Virus record (IMG/VR): IMGVR_UViG_3300001528_000425
Span: 160,001-224,000 of that record
Reading direction: 5' to 3' (one strand)
DNA length: 64,000 bases
Source of the DNA: a virus
Taxonomy: Duplodnaviria > Caudoviricetes
Both the position numbers and the translations under genes were made by a program. Under the pieces are notes generated by a model. The model ran no database searches, was not told where the DNA came from, and saw nothing but the letters and a program-made list of their open reading frames with translations. This document shows, piece by piece, positions 40,784 through 51,404 of this stretch; the first letter of the stretch is position 1, and every line of letters starts with the position of its first letter.

Positions 40784-42642
40784 CGTTATGTTCAAGAGAA
40801 CGCGCTACTGTCCTCCCCGCGGCATGACCCGCTCCGCTGCAAGCTTTCCTTGCAGACCAGACTATATCTCCACCTTCACCATTACGTGGTCAGGTGCACT
40901 TCTATTTCCTCGCCGCTTGGCAAGTACAGGGTGGATCAGTCCCTTAGTCGTTGAACTCACCTCATGTCGATATACAGGATATATCGATTTAGAGGGCAGC
41001 TGCGGATTACCCATTACAGCGATCGCGTCTAGAAAATCCCATCTAGTCGATCATCTCGATTTCTTTTACCATACCCAGGTTAATTACTCCTGGCCCCACA
41101 GTAATCACGTTTCCGGCTGTGGTTGGTGTATCGAGCTTTAGTGGCTTCCCGTCAATTAAGAAGTGAATAGTTAAGCATTTCTGCTTAACCAGCCATCAAA
41201 TCTTTGAGATAGTAAATGGATCTGAAGGTTTACTGTATCGTAACGCTCGTTTGATAAATTTCCTATCAACACCCAGCGCTTTCGCAGCTTCCCTCAGCGA
41301 ATGAAACGTGCGTTCTTCTCCAGTTGCTTTATCAACAACCTTCATCTGAACGTTCTTGAACTTGTTTTGTAAAACAGTGGTTGGCCATGCATGAGATGAC
41401 TTGAACCTAACCCGGAACCGCCCGATCATCTTCTTTCCACCAGTCTTCGCTGCTAAGATCAAACTACAGCGAGAGATGCCAACATAAGCTGCAGCTTCTC
41501 TCTGGTTGTGAAACGACCGAACATCTCCGGTGTCAGTATCTAGAACTTGTATCACCTTAGGAACACACTGATCCGTATAGGTAGCAGTATATCCAGGATA
41601 ACGCGCTTCGAACTCTTCGATCGTCTCCCGTACCGACTTGCAGATATTCCACAAACCGAAATACTTGACGAACGTTCGAACCCCGTTGAACACAAGTTCC
41701 TTACCATCTGGATCAACGACTGTGATGATGTACCTAGATGGTTCCACGTTCACAGTCGGTCGATCATAGACCCAAGGTCTAGTGTCACCTTCCACCCGTA
41801 CTTCCCACTCTTCGTTGTACAATCGATTCCCTCTCCAGCTAGCCAATGTAGCAGCTTCACGAGAACCTAACCCAAGATATGCTCTTGCTTGTGAGATACT
41901 GGGAAATTCTTTGATCTCTCCAGTTTTCGCACTTCTCAAGAAACACTTCGTGGTTGGACGAAGGTTGTGGTTGATCGCATGGAGGTTGTTACCTCTGATC
42001 GTTGTCCATTCCAGATTACTTGCATGATTGTTAAACTTATTACCATCGAGATGGTTCACGATAGTGTAGAAGCCTAACCTTGGGTTATGTACCCAAGCCA
42101 TGGCAACGAGGATGTGTATCGCTTTACCAATTCGTTTCTGGATGATCGTGTCCATGACGAATACTTGACGGTATTGCCCACGCAAACCTACACTGAGATG
42201 TGCTCCAGTCTTCACATCGATCACGTCTCCATCTATGGAAACCGCAACCGAAGGATACTCTGGTACGATCCTGTACGTTTCGTCATACATGATCGGTGTC
42301 CTGAATTCCACAACATAAGGGAACTCCGGTCTCCGACTGTCCATCCTGCTGTGGAAGAAGACGTCATCCGGAACAACCGGTACGTATTCTCCCAACCCTA
42401 ATCTGGAGATTAGGAACAACCATCGCCTGGATCGTTGTTGTGTTTTACAATACATTTCAATTGAGACAAGATCTCCTGCCGTTGGCAGATTCACTTCTCT
42501 CTTGTTTTCATCAACAATCTTCAAACGGTTATTGATGAAAAGCTTTTCATTCGTTCCTGGTATCACGTAGTACATAGATTCCTCCGTTTTCAGATTCTAT
42601 ATAATAGTGTACCATCTTCCTTTTTACTTACCTCAAAACGAT
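40784..42642 (-). mobile_element. group I intron in nvRNAP beta gene
   Basis: P AATTGACGGGAA, Q AATCCGCAGC, R TTCAACGACTA, S GAGATATAGTC on -; terminal G before AAA GGT; splicing restores KFTGRDGA|KGVV. Confidence 0.9.
41196..42575 (-). CDS. intron-encoded HNH homing endonuclease
   Basis: IHILVAMAWV...VNHLDGNKFNNHASNLEWTT..NNLHA; multiple NUMOD1-like repeats (FPSISQARAYLG, FHSLREAAKALGV); GGAGG RBS. Confidence 0.92.
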   Translation of the reverse strand: MYYVIPGTNEKLFINNRLKIVDENKREVNLPTAGDLVSIEMYCKTQQRSRRWLFLISRLGLGEYVPVVPDDVFFHSRMDSRRPEFPYVVEFRTPIMYDETYRIVPEYPSVAVSIDGDVIDVKTGAHLSVGLRGQYRQVFVMDTIIQKRIGKAIHILVAMAWVHNPRLGFYTIVNHLDGNKFNNHASNLEWTTIRGNNLHAINHNLRPTTKCFLRSAKTGEIKEFPSISQARAYLGLGSREAATLASWRGNRLYNEEWEVRVEGDTRPWVYDRPTVNVEPSRYIITVVDPDGKELVFNGVRTFVKYFGLWNICKSVRETIEEFEARYPGYTATYTDQCVPKVIQVLDTDTGDVRSFHNQREAAAYVGISRCSLILAAKTGGKKMIGRFRVRFKSSHAWPTTVLQNKFKNVQMKVVDKATGEERTFHSLREAAKALGVDRKFIKRALRYSKPSDPFTISKI

Positions 42643-43863
42643 TGCTCCGTCCCGGCCTGTAAATTTAAATCCCCTTCCAACCTTACGTTTGTAAGCGTAA
42701 GTGATTTCCACGGAAATAAACTCAACCGGTTCTTTCTTGTCGATCAGTTGAAGTTTGGAACGAACTCGATTCCTTGGTGCCAACAGTCCGATGCATCTTG
42801 TGACCAGAGTATTGAATTCCGGTCGCAATTCATAACCATCCGATTGGACTTTGTCGTAGATCGCCAGAATGGCCTGATGATATGCATCGTGTTGTTCTTT
42901 GTACTTCACGAATTGCTCATAAGGCCCTTGACGATTCTTCAATCGTTTGTACGCATCGAAGTTGATGTATACATTGACATCGAGTACTGTCGATCCTGCC
43001 GGAGCATAATGACACTGATCGTGCATCTTCTCCGTACGCATCAACGCTTCCGCTGTCATGTCGGTAATGAACGTCGTCTTATTCCGTTGACGGAGGCCGA
43101 CAAGGACTCCATCGGAACGTAACTGACTGCCGATATCCGGGAAGGCTTTATACTCTTCCAGAGAACCATAGAGGTTCAGAGGAACATCATCTTCTCGGAT
43201 GTTCAGTTTCATCGTGCCGATCGCAGTGTGCTCATTCTTCTCCGCATATTCATCAGAAATCAGGAATGCGTCCTCGGTAACTTCCCATCCACTCAAATAA
43301 GCAACTGCTGCATTGGTGCCAAGACAGTAGAGATTACCTTTGTGATTGGGAGATGTGACGAACTTGGTTTCCTTGGATACGTGGTTGTTGTTGGTCAGGA
43401 GATAAGAATTCAGCATCGTGTTCATGTAGCCAAAGCCATCGTGCAACTGACGATAGTTGGTAACATCGAAGTAACCGATCTTCTGATCATCTTGTCCAAC
43501 ATAGATGACAGTCATCGTGGGGTTGGTCAACCCATCCGAACTCCAACATGTAGTCTGGAACTTCGGTATGACTGCCAAGATGATGATGTCCTGATCACGT
43601 CTGGTGTCATCGAATTCATAACGACCGATGATACCTTCGTATCCGGTACATACCATCGGAGGTTCACATCCATCGACCACCAGAGCTTGCGCGATGTTAC
43701 TGGCGAACATCATCGCTCGCTGACTTGATACGTACTGCGGAAATGGCAGTAGCAAGGCTTGTAAGCCTAAGAATTCATACCGCATCTTTAAGTCGGACAA
43801 CAATCGATTTGGATTATCCCGTCCATAAGGATATCGACTTTTGCCCGTTGCAGCATCGTCCAT
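42643..43863 (-). CDS. non-virion RNA polymerase beta C-terminal subunit (gp71-73-like), exon 1
   Basis: SSQRAMMF, TGYE, EDAFLIS, PLNLYG...YKAFPDIG, GFKFTGRDG. Confidence 0.88.
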
Positions 43864-43953
43864 ACTGTTCCTCCTGTTAGTTAGTAGGTTGATATAAATT
43901 TGGTTAGAACCATCATATGCTCGGTCTTAGTACCTGGCATACCCCTCATGAAC

Positions 43954-43964
43954 GTAATATATAC
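43954..43964 (-). promoter_or_regulatory. early promoter motif
   Basis: GTATATATTAC upstream of nvRNAP operon. Confidence 0.75.
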
Positions 43965-44017
43965 GTAAACTTAGGATGTACCTTTAAGGCATCTTGTTGA
44001 ATAAAGGAACTATCGTT

Positions 44018-44374
44018 ATGGCCACAACTTACAACACATTGGCTGATCGCTGCGAGTCCAAACTTGGTGATTATTCCAATACCGATACAGGATGGGTACA
44101 ATTTGTAAAAGATCACAGGGAGATGCTGCTGCAAAACTCTACGGTCTTAGAGATGTCCCTGGAAGTAGCGCACCGATATCGGTTCAGTCTTGCACTACTT
44201 TTATACGATCGATCCATGGATCAAAGTACCATGTGGATCATCATGTGGTTGAACCAAATCTCAGCTGAGCATGAGTTCAAGCAACTACAACGTTTGCTGA
44301 TTCCGACGAATGAATACTTGGCTACACTGAAAGCTCAGTACGATTCCAATAAACAAGCGGCAGAATCAGTTTAA
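44018..44374 (+). CDS. putative baseplate wedge (gp53/LysM-like) protein
   Basis: YRF.L..LL...WIIMWLNQI...LLIP pattern; AAGGA RBS. Confidence 0.55.
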   Translation: MATTYNTLADRCESKLGDYSNTDTGWVQFVKDHREMLLQNSTVLEMSLEVAHRYRFSLALLLYDRSMDQSTMWIIMWLNQISAEHEFKQLQRLLIPTNEYLATLKAQYDSNKQAAESV

Positions 44375-44380
44375 ACGAGC

Positions 44381-44845
44381 TTACACGATCCTGGCGATCT
44401 TCGTCCAAGCTTGAGCTAAATCTGGCAGTAGCCAGAGATAGTCATACTTCTCCATCCATTCATTGATCATACTGCGGGGCACCTTGTAGGTGTTTCGCAG
44501 TATGTATCTGAATTCTTTCTTCATGTACTCAACATAATCGTGACCAACGGCCATCGAGATACGATCTTTGGTACGATAGAGATGGAGCAAGGACCGATCT
44601 TCAGAAGAAGCTCCTTGCTGAAGAGATTCGAACTTCTCCATACCAGATTTGGTGGTCAGTGCACCAAGATTGAACAGGATCAGATTGTGGATCGGATAAT
44701 ACTCCAATCCTGATTCGATCTTCTGTACAGAGATGAGTCTTTTGAGAACTTCCTGTGTGACTAGAGAATACTCATTGAGCATCTCCACAATAATTCCATG
44801 AAGAACCATACGTTCTTCGACGGTATATTTCGGTTTGAAAATCAT
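44381..44845 (-). CDS. hypothetical protein
   Basis: AAGGA RBS before MIFKPKY; upstream extension in ORF track overlaps the spike gene. Confidence 0.65.
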   Translation of the reverse strand: MIFKPKYTVEERMVLHGIIVEMLNEYSLVTQEVLKRLISVQKIESGLEYYPIHNLILFNLGALTTKSGMEKFESLQQGASSEDRSLLHLYRTKDRISMAVGHDYVEYMKKEFRYILRNTYKVPRSMINEWMEKYDYLWLLPDLAQAWTKIARIV

Positions 44846-44858
44846 GAACTGGTGTTCC

Positions 44859-45890
44859 TTATGGCAACCAAGAGATAGAACCGGATTTGGTAGCGACGTT
44901 GAAATTGTTTCCGATGAAGTTGAAAGTACCTTCCAGACAGTTGAACGTCTGAAGTTTGCAATTGACCGTATATGCAGTACCAACGGTGAGGGTGTCGTTG
45001 GCACCGATCGTGGTGGTACGGTTCGTCTCGACGTTCAGTGTATCTTCACCGATCGTGGTGGTATTCTTCTTGATCACGGTGGTTTCCATGGCGTTTTCAA
45101 CGGTAACCTTACGAACATCTTTAACTGTCAAGGTATCCGCCTTCTCCACCAAGGTGGTTCTTACTTCACAAGTTGTGATGATATTGGGAGCGGTGATATT
45201 GATCGTGTTCAGGCAACCGATGTTGATCACGTCTTTGATCAGCGAAATAGTACTCTCATGGTTGTTGTGAAGCACGATCTGGGGAATGTTGCTATCCAGC
45301 TCGATCCAATTGTTGGCATCGTCGTTGATACGTACCGTGTTAGCGATCGTGTTGATCGCGATGTCATAGCGGAACGCTTCCCCGTTGTTCCGACAGGTAC
45401 GGATGAAGATACCACGACTTTCTGGACGAGTATCAAGTTCGATATAGTAGGTGTTGTCAGCATCGACGTTCTTCCAAGTACCCGGCTGTCCTTTGTCGAT
45501 GATCGCAACATCATCTTGCACAAAGATACGAAGCCGTTCGAAGTTGCGTACTTCCGTATGTTGTCCAGTCGGTCTCCAGTAGAATACATCGAGTCCACCA
45601 TAAGTGATGACTTCCACCAATTCTCCTCGATGTACACAGGGAACTGTCATGTTATCGCGTCCGAAATACTTCGCCTTGACGCACTGGGCTATGGCGATCG
45701 TGTCTTTATCTTTCACCCCTTTCAGTGCATCGAACGTTTCGAATTCGATCGAGGATGCGACATTCTCCACATCTCCTGTGTGCATAGGAGATACTTCCGG
45801 GAGAAAGACTAAGATTTCAGTGTCAGTACCGTTTTGAATGGTTGTACATGAGACACCGATATAGGCCTTCCATTGTGATTCTATTTGCAT
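44859..45890 (-). CDS. baseplate central spike (gp5/gpV-like)
   Basis: OB-fold signature VPCVHRGELVEV...FYW, then 8-residue beta-helix repeats (TTTIGEDT, TTTIGANDTLTVG). Confidence 0.75.
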   Translation of the reverse strand: MQIESQWKAYIGVSCTTIQNGTDTEILVFLPEVSPMHTGDVENVASSIEFETFDALKGVKDKDTIAIAQCVKAKYFGRDNMTVPCVHRGELVEVITYGGLDVFYWRPTGQHTEVRNFERLRIFVQDDVAIIDKGQPGTWKNVDADNTYYIELDTRPESRGIFIRTCRNNGEAFRYDIAINTIANTVRINDDANNWIELDSNIPQIVLHNNHESTISLIKDVINIGCLNTINITAPNIITTCEVRTTLVEKADTLTVKDVRKVTVENAMETTVIKKNTTTIGEDTLNVETNRTTTIGANDTLTVGTAYTVNCKLQTFNCLEGTFNFIGNNFNVATKSGSISWLP

Positions 45891-45927
45891 GCGATGGATC
45901 TCCAAAAAAATAAGGGCCTGATAGAAA

Positions 45928-45962
45928 GAGCTACAGTGGGTCTTTACGACCCACTGTAGCTC
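45928..45962 (-). terminator. intrinsic terminator
   Basis: 15-bp stem GAGCTACAGTGGGTC/GACCCACTGTAGCTC then TTTCT. Confidence 0.8.
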
Positions 45963-45972
45963 CCTGAGAGAA

Positions 45973-47085
45973 TTACCAGTTGCCCGCCATCACGGAAACA
46001 GGAGCCATTCCGTTAACAGGACAACCGCCGGAGACAGGTTGACCGAAGTGCATACCAGTCAGCGGAGCCGGAGTGAAACCGACCGGAACCGGAACAGACG
46101 CCACGGGGACGGTGATCGGTGCCGTAATCGGAGTACTCTCTGCCGGTACGATCGTACCGGGAATCACGCCATTGGTCGGGATACCAACCGGACCGATGTT
46201 TGCACCTTCCGGGAGCGGAACTCCAGTGCTGGTCTTGGTTGGTGCTGTTCCCCACGGAACTGCAGGTTTTTCCGAGGAAACGGAGGCGGCCGATGTGCCG
46301 GTGGCGAACCAGGCGATGAGCTTCTGATATTTCTCGAGGTGTTCGAGATGAGAAGCCAGAACTTGAGGATGAAGGTCGACGTTGAGGATCTTCTTGACAT
46401 GCGGATTGAGCCGGTTGGCTGCCATCGACATGATGTGGAAGATCGCATCGGCTTTCGGTATCGCCACATTGGCGGACGTGAACGTGAACTTCGCTTCGAT
46501 ATCATCCGTACCGAAGATCAGAGCCATGAGTCCGCGGAAGACTTCCCAGGACTGTTTCCTGATCTTGTTGCCGAGCGACTCCTGAAGCTGGGTATTGAAG
46601 ATATCGGACTGGAGCTGTGCGGTGTGGGTCGCTTTGTCGTAAAAGATGTACGCCCACTCCATCACTTTGATTCGATCGATCTCTTTGAGCATCTTCTCAT
46701 CGAGTTTGTCATAGAATGCTGTGACAAGATCGAGTTTTTCGTAATCGGTGTCTTTGCCCTTGTCGATCGCAATTTCCACGATGCGAGTGAACAGCTGCTT
46801 GAGCATGCCACCGATCAGAAGCTGCCGGGACTGGAAGAACCATTCGCGCTCCGGAGCTTTGCCGAGCGTTTCGACGAGAGGATTGAGAACGACATAGTTG
46901 CCGACTTTCATCCCATCCTTGAACAGAGCCACCGGAAGAGTCTTCTTACCGACGGCCACGCCGATCGGAGAATTGTCCGAGGTGGTCAGGATGATCTGAT
47001 TCATGTCCACGTAATACGCTCCACCAAACTCAGTCACGAGTTTGAGGAACGCATACACGGAATCCTGGTTGATGATTTGTTCCAT
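45973..47085 (-). CDS. conserved protein (phiKZ gp70-like by synteny)
   Basis: Follows gp69-like gene; NPLVE motif; Pro-rich disordered C-terminus; strong codon bias. Confidence 0.55.
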   Translation of the reverse strand: MEQIINQDSVYAFLKLVTEFGGAYYVDMNQIILTTSDNSPIGVAVGKKTLPVALFKDGMKVGNYVVLNPLVETLGKAPEREWFFQSRQLLIGGMLKQLFTRIVEIAIDKGKDTDYEKLDLVTAFYDKLDEKMLKEIDRIKVMEWAYIFYDKATHTAQLQSDIFNTQLQESLGNKIRKQSWEVFRGLMALIFGTDDIEAKFTFTSANVAIPKADAIFHIMSMAANRLNPHVKKILNVDLHPQVLASHLEHLEKYQKLIAWFATGTSAASVSSEKPAVPWGTAPTKTSTGVPLPEGANIGPVGIPTNGVIPGTIVPAESTPITAPITVPVASVPVPVGFTPAPLTGMHFGQPVSGGCPVNGMAPVSVMAGNW

Positions 47086-47132
47086 GATGCGTTGTTTCCT
47101 TTTCGTTATTTCACGACGTGTGAATCTGTAAG

Positions 47133-48830
47133 TTAATGACGAGCCACCACTACTTCGTCACCGAACCCGTAAGAAGGTGCGGGCATCGGTTGTTGACCGA
47201 ATGGTCCTCCGAAGGATGCCTGGTGCATACCCGGAGGCTGGCTATCGAACATGAGTTTGCGTCCGACCACTCGATCCCCAAGTACCGCCAATTCCGTTCC
47301 GTTGTGGATGAATGTATCCCTGGAACCGAGTAGCGGATTGTGAGTGACCGGGAGCCGATTGCTGGTTTCGTAATATCCGGAACCTTCGTTGGATACCGAG
47401 AAATCCATGAAGTGCAGGTCGACGATCGTTTCCGAACCCAAGTCATGGCGACAATGTAATTCGAAATCTCCGCTTGCCGACTTCAGGATCGGAACGATGT
47501 CCGAACAGAAGTTGATCCGGAACATGTTGATCGCTGCCTCCAGCTGGTTAGCAGCGACTGTCGGATTCGGATCGGGGCAGAGCAAGTGAGCCGGTTCGAT
47601 CTCCGGGTGATTCTGATCATAATGCAACTGGAAAAGTCCGTTACGATCAGCTGCCATCGCAGATGTGAATGATCTGAACCCGAACCGAATATCTGCCAGA
47701 CCAGCACTGCTTGCCAGCGTCGAAATCGCAGAAGCAACCATCGAAGAGAACTGCACCTTAGCACTGATCTCTGTCTGCGGAATCACGTCATACTGCGAAC
47801 GTCTGGCGATATTCAGTACCTGCACGGCAAGTTTACCGCCGAAAGTGGCATCCAGATAACCGAGAGTGAACGGCTGAGAGACATCGATGCCGATATTAAC
47901 CGGAATGGTTCCGACTGAACGATGAAGACCATGCCGGAAATCACTGACAGCTTGTTCTACCGGATCGTACGCTCCAAGGAATCCGGTCTGACTCAAATCA
48001 CTTTGCGTCGCGAATTCTTCGGACTTGGCCGTGTCGATGGCGCTCTGCAGATGAGTGGTGATCTCCTGGAGATGATGTCGCGGTGACTTCAGTCTGGTCG
48101 GGATCGGTGCCTGTTCGTTGTTCAATGTGGCAACCGCTGCAGCTCCTTCTGTGGTCACTCTGGACACCATATTGCCAAGAGAATCCTTGACGATATCACC
48201 GACATTACTGACAGCATCGCCAGGAGTACAGATGAACAGATCCTGTTGCGGAGTCATCGAACTCATGTATGCACCGACGATATCGTCATCGTCCGATACG
48301 ATACGATTCGGGATACCACCAACCATACCGATACGGTCTCCGATACGAAGGACCGAACGATGCGTGGTATACAGCATGCAGTTCTGATTGATCACCGGCT
48401 GCGCATTGTTCATAGACCACGGGAGAACCGGTTCATCCGAACACCAGCCAGATGCCATCAGTCGGATCTTCGATCCGCATCCGGCAATACCCAGCGCATT
48501 CGGTGCCGTTGGCATGTCGATCATGAGAACGAACGTCCATTGTGCGGACATCGTCTGCATGTCGACCATAAGTCCGTTGGCTTCCGGTCGAATGGCAGAA
48601 TTGAATGCTGGATCTTCGAACAAACCTCCGTTGCGGAGAGCCATCCTCGGATCTTGCATCGTCGACAACTTATCGACCATGTTGCCGTTGAACTGATACA
48701 CATACGGTCGAATGACCTGTGTGTCGAACGTCTTGGGGCTGTACAGCCACAGCCAAGCCGATGATTCGTTGAATGTCGAAGCACCGAATTGACTGACTTG
48801 TGAATAAATGGGAAGCGGTTTGTCGAACAT
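47133..48830 (-). CDS. putative nuclear-shell import factor (phiKZ gp69/PicA/Imp1-like)
   Basis: N-terminal TFDTQVIRPY motif, size and position between gp68-like and gp70-like genes; synteny-based inference. Confidence 0.5.
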   Translation of the reverse strand: MFDKPLPIYSQVSQFGASTFNESSAWLWLYSPKTFDTQVIRPYVYQFNGNMVDKLSTMQDPRMALRNGGLFEDPAFNSAIRPEANGLMVDMQTMSAQWTFVLMIDMPTAPNALGIAGCGSKIRLMASGWCSDEPVLPWSMNNAQPVINQNCMLYTTHRSVLRIGDRIGMVGGIPNRIVSDDDDIVGAYMSSMTPQQDLFICTPGDAVSNVGDIVKDSLGNMVSRVTTEGAAAVATLNNEQAPIPTRLKSPRHHLQEITTHLQSAIDTAKSEEFATQSDLSQTGFLGAYDPVEQAVSDFRHGLHRSVGTIPVNIGIDVSQPFTLGYLDATFGGKLAVQVLNIARRSQYDVIPQTEISAKVQFSSMVASAISTLASSAGLADIRFGFRSFTSAMAADRNGLFQLHYDQNHPEIEPAHLLCPDPNPTVAANQLEAAINMFRINFCSDIVPILKSASGDFELHCRHDLGSETIVDLHFMDFSVSNEGSGYYETSNRLPVTHNPLLGSRDTFIHNGTELAVLGDRVVGRKLMFDSQPPGMHQASFGGPFGQQPMPAPSYGFGDEVVVARH

Positions 48831-48865
48831 AAGACCTCCTGTTATTATCTATGTTCTTGTTGTTA

Positions 48866-50221
48866 TCAAAGGATCAGACTACCGAACCACGAGCATTCAT
48901 AATCATCAAGCAGGGCCCTGCAACCCAACGCCAGAAATATGAAGTCGAAGTAATACCTGATAATCATTCCATCCTCGTACTTATAGGTAATATATGCGTC
49001 GTCATTGAATGACCGATAGAGAGAGATCGTTGCGATCGGTACTCTATGATTCATAACAGCTGCAGATTCCATTAAGCGATGGTACAGTTCCAGTCCTTGT
49101 ACCGATTGGATAGAAAGATTCAGAGGTACTTCTTGTTGTCTCCTCATGTTTGAGTTAACTGATTTTATCGTCTGATCCGGCGTATACGCATTCCAAAAGT
49201 TACCCTCCCATGTATGCTGAGTACACTCGAAGGAGAACTCTGTATATGGTAGTTCCTCTATGTATTTATTTAAGGCGTGAAATACAGGAACCTCGTGCTC
49301 TTCCAGTCCGACTTTGACATCTGGTGTGAGTGGAAACGGGGTTCGCAATGGTATCCTCGCATAAGGCCGCATGACGATCGCACTGCTGATCATGGAGATG
49401 AAAGGTTCTGTGCTTTCACATCCAGCAAGTGCCATACGTCCCACGCTGCCACGCATACAAGGATGATCTTTCCATTGTTCCTGAAAACCACACACTGGCT
49501 GTCCGGCTGGTCTGCGACGTTCCCACGGATGGTGAACTTTAACCAATTCTTTCGGAATACTGAAGAATCTGGCTGTTTCCACAATGTCATCTGCAGGTAT
49601 CATAGCTCCATTACAGATAAGAGAATTGGGATTCTCCATCACGCACCTCCTGAGATCCGCGAAAGAAGGATGATAACTTAAATAATCCAACTCTTGCGGA
49701 GTCGCTTCTACAGAAGTGCATGCTGTATTGTACACATTCGTAATGTCGTACAGCAAGTTGTACAAAGCCGCCGTGAAGTAGTAATGGGACTGGACTCCCC
49801 TCTGATCGAATGACCTGACACCGATCGGAGCGATGTTGACAGCTTCTCGACGTGGATCGAGGATGGTCTGTGGAGTTACTTCGCCGTACGCAACGGCGAG
49901 GTACTCCAACATCAACCCTTGATGCTGTTCAACGATCTTGACTTTCTCAAAGTTGGTATCAACTCGATCAAGATTTCTCCCTAACCAGAAATACTCCTCA
50001 GTCGCGATGCCATCACGATGAGTAATAATCTCCGGGGAGAATGTACTGAAATTTATGATCCCCTGATAACCTTTCCAGTGGTTGACCAGGGGAACAATAT
50101 CAACGATCATAGCACAGCGAACCTCCAAGTTAAATGGGACACCAAGATTTACGTAGTGTAAGGTAATCCCTTGTTGCAGCATCTGACTCTGCTGTTGAAG
50201 TAGCTCCGAAGAACAATACAT
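48866..50221 (-). CDS. hypothetical protein
   Basis: 451-aa ORF, no recognised motif. Confidence 0.7.
   Translation of the reverse strand: MYCSSELLQQQSQMLQQGITLHYVNLGVPFNLEVRCAMIVDIVPLVNHWKGYQGIINFSTFSPEIITHRDGIATEEYFWLGRNLDRVDTNFEKVKIVEQHQGLMLEYLAVAYGEVTPQTILDPRREAVNIAPIGVRSFDQRGVQSHYYFTAALYNLLYDITNVYNTACTSVEATPQELDYLSYHPSFADLRRCVMENPNSLICNGAMIPADDIVETARFFSIPKELVKVHHPWERRRPAGQPVCGFQEQWKDHPCMRGSVGRMALAGCESTEPFISMISSAIVMRPYARIPLRTPFPLTPDVKVGLEEHEVPVFHALNKYIEELPYTEFSFECTQHTWEGNFWNAYTPDQTIKSVNSNMRRQQEVPLNLSIQSVQGLELYHRLMESAAVMNHRVPIATISLYRSFNDDAYITYKYEDGMIIRYYFDFIFLALGCRALLDDYECSWFGSLIL
48987..48997 (-). promoter_or_regulatory. early promoter motif within 3' end of upstream CDS
   Basis: GCATATATTAC, about 157 nt before 48830. 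Confidence 0.6.
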
Positions 50222-51368
50222 GGGAGTTGACCAGACCTCCTCCGGTAAGCAACCACCAAACCAGATCGATATACCACCAAGGTTGATTTGCTATCGATGG
50301 TCTGAACCAGAACTCTTCCAGATAGGTCTTGTTGACTTGAATGGGAGTCTGATCGGATTCATTCATACCGAGAACATTCTTCAACAGATCGTAGCTCCTG
50401 TAGAGTTTCTTGGGAGCGGACTGGTATCCGTTATAACGAATGGACCCAATACGTTCGATATCACCCGGAGTCAGTGTCAACTGGAAATCAGTACTGTTAC
50501 AAGCAAATCCATCTACAACGATCGTTTCAGCTAATGATGCTGTGGCAATATCGGACAGATCAGTCTCGCATTCATTATACACGATTGCGTTCCGTCTAAC
50601 ATCGTCTGGAGTAGAAGGAGATTGCCACAGATGCAGTCCGAATTTGCTTGACAGATGAGGAACCAACTCCGATGACATCCTTGTTTTGCTCATCCATAGC
50701 GAGAACGTATCGAACATGCTACGCGGAACCGCGAAATGTCTGAGTAGCAGTCTCGGTTCAGGGGGCATACCTAACATTTCAGCTAGTTCATGCATAAGTT
50801 CATACGGAGTCTGAGAGTCGTTGATGATCAGATTCTCGATCATATTGACTACTTCTCCAGTTGACATCGGTTGAATGTCAAATGAATACTCTGGCATGAA
50901 CAGAGATTGTGGTGGTTTGTTGAATAGTTTGGCTGATATCAGCGTGAGATAATCCAACAACGACACAACAACTCTACCAGTGAATGTATCGCTAGCGCAC
51001 AACCGAGGACATGCGTCGAACAACTCTCTGATGCCATCTACGTAGTAATATCCCTCATAAGGGCGATCTCCTTTGTACCGTTTGATCTTCTTAAACATCA
51101 CCGGGAACAAACGAACTGGTTGACCATTTGTTCCAAGTAATGTCATGGGATTCATTGGCTCTAAAGTCAGGACGATGTATTCATAGAAGTTCACGTGATC
51201 CTGTCGTATCAGTTTGTACTTATGGATATTCGGTTGAACTTGAATGCTTCGCCCTGCAGAGATTTCCACATACCAACCAGAATCAGTTGTTAGATGTCCA
51301 CCTCTGACATTTGAGATCATATCACCAGGTCGCATCGATGAAGGTAATTCAACGATACCATCTATCAT
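50130..51368 (-). CDS. hypothetical protein
   Basis: AGGAG RBS; 412 aa; overlaps next ORF by 92 nt. Confidence 0.7.
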   Translation of the reverse strand: MIDGIVELPSSMRPGDMISNVRGGHLTTDSGWYVEISAGRSIQVQPNIHKYKLIRQDHVNFYEYIVLTLEPMNPMTLLGTNGQPVRLFPVMFKKIKRYKGDRPYEGYYYVDGIRELFDACPRLCASDTFTGRVVVSLLDYLTLISAKLFNKPPQSLFMPEYSFDIQPMSTGEVVNMIENLIINDSQTPYELMHELAEMLGMPPEPRLLLRHFAVPRSMFDTFSLWMSKTRMSSELVPHLSSKFGLHLWQSPSTPDDVRRNAIVYNECETDLSDIATASLAETIVVDGFACNSTDFQLTLTPGDIERIGSIRYNGYQSAPKKLYRSYDLLKNVLGMNESDQTPIQVNKTYLEEFWFRPSIANQPWWYIDLVWWLLTGGGLVNSHVLFFGATSTAESDAATRDYLTLRKSWCPI

Positions 51369-51404
51369 AATTCTTCTCCTGTTAGTTGTCGATGAAAGTT
51401 CTTA

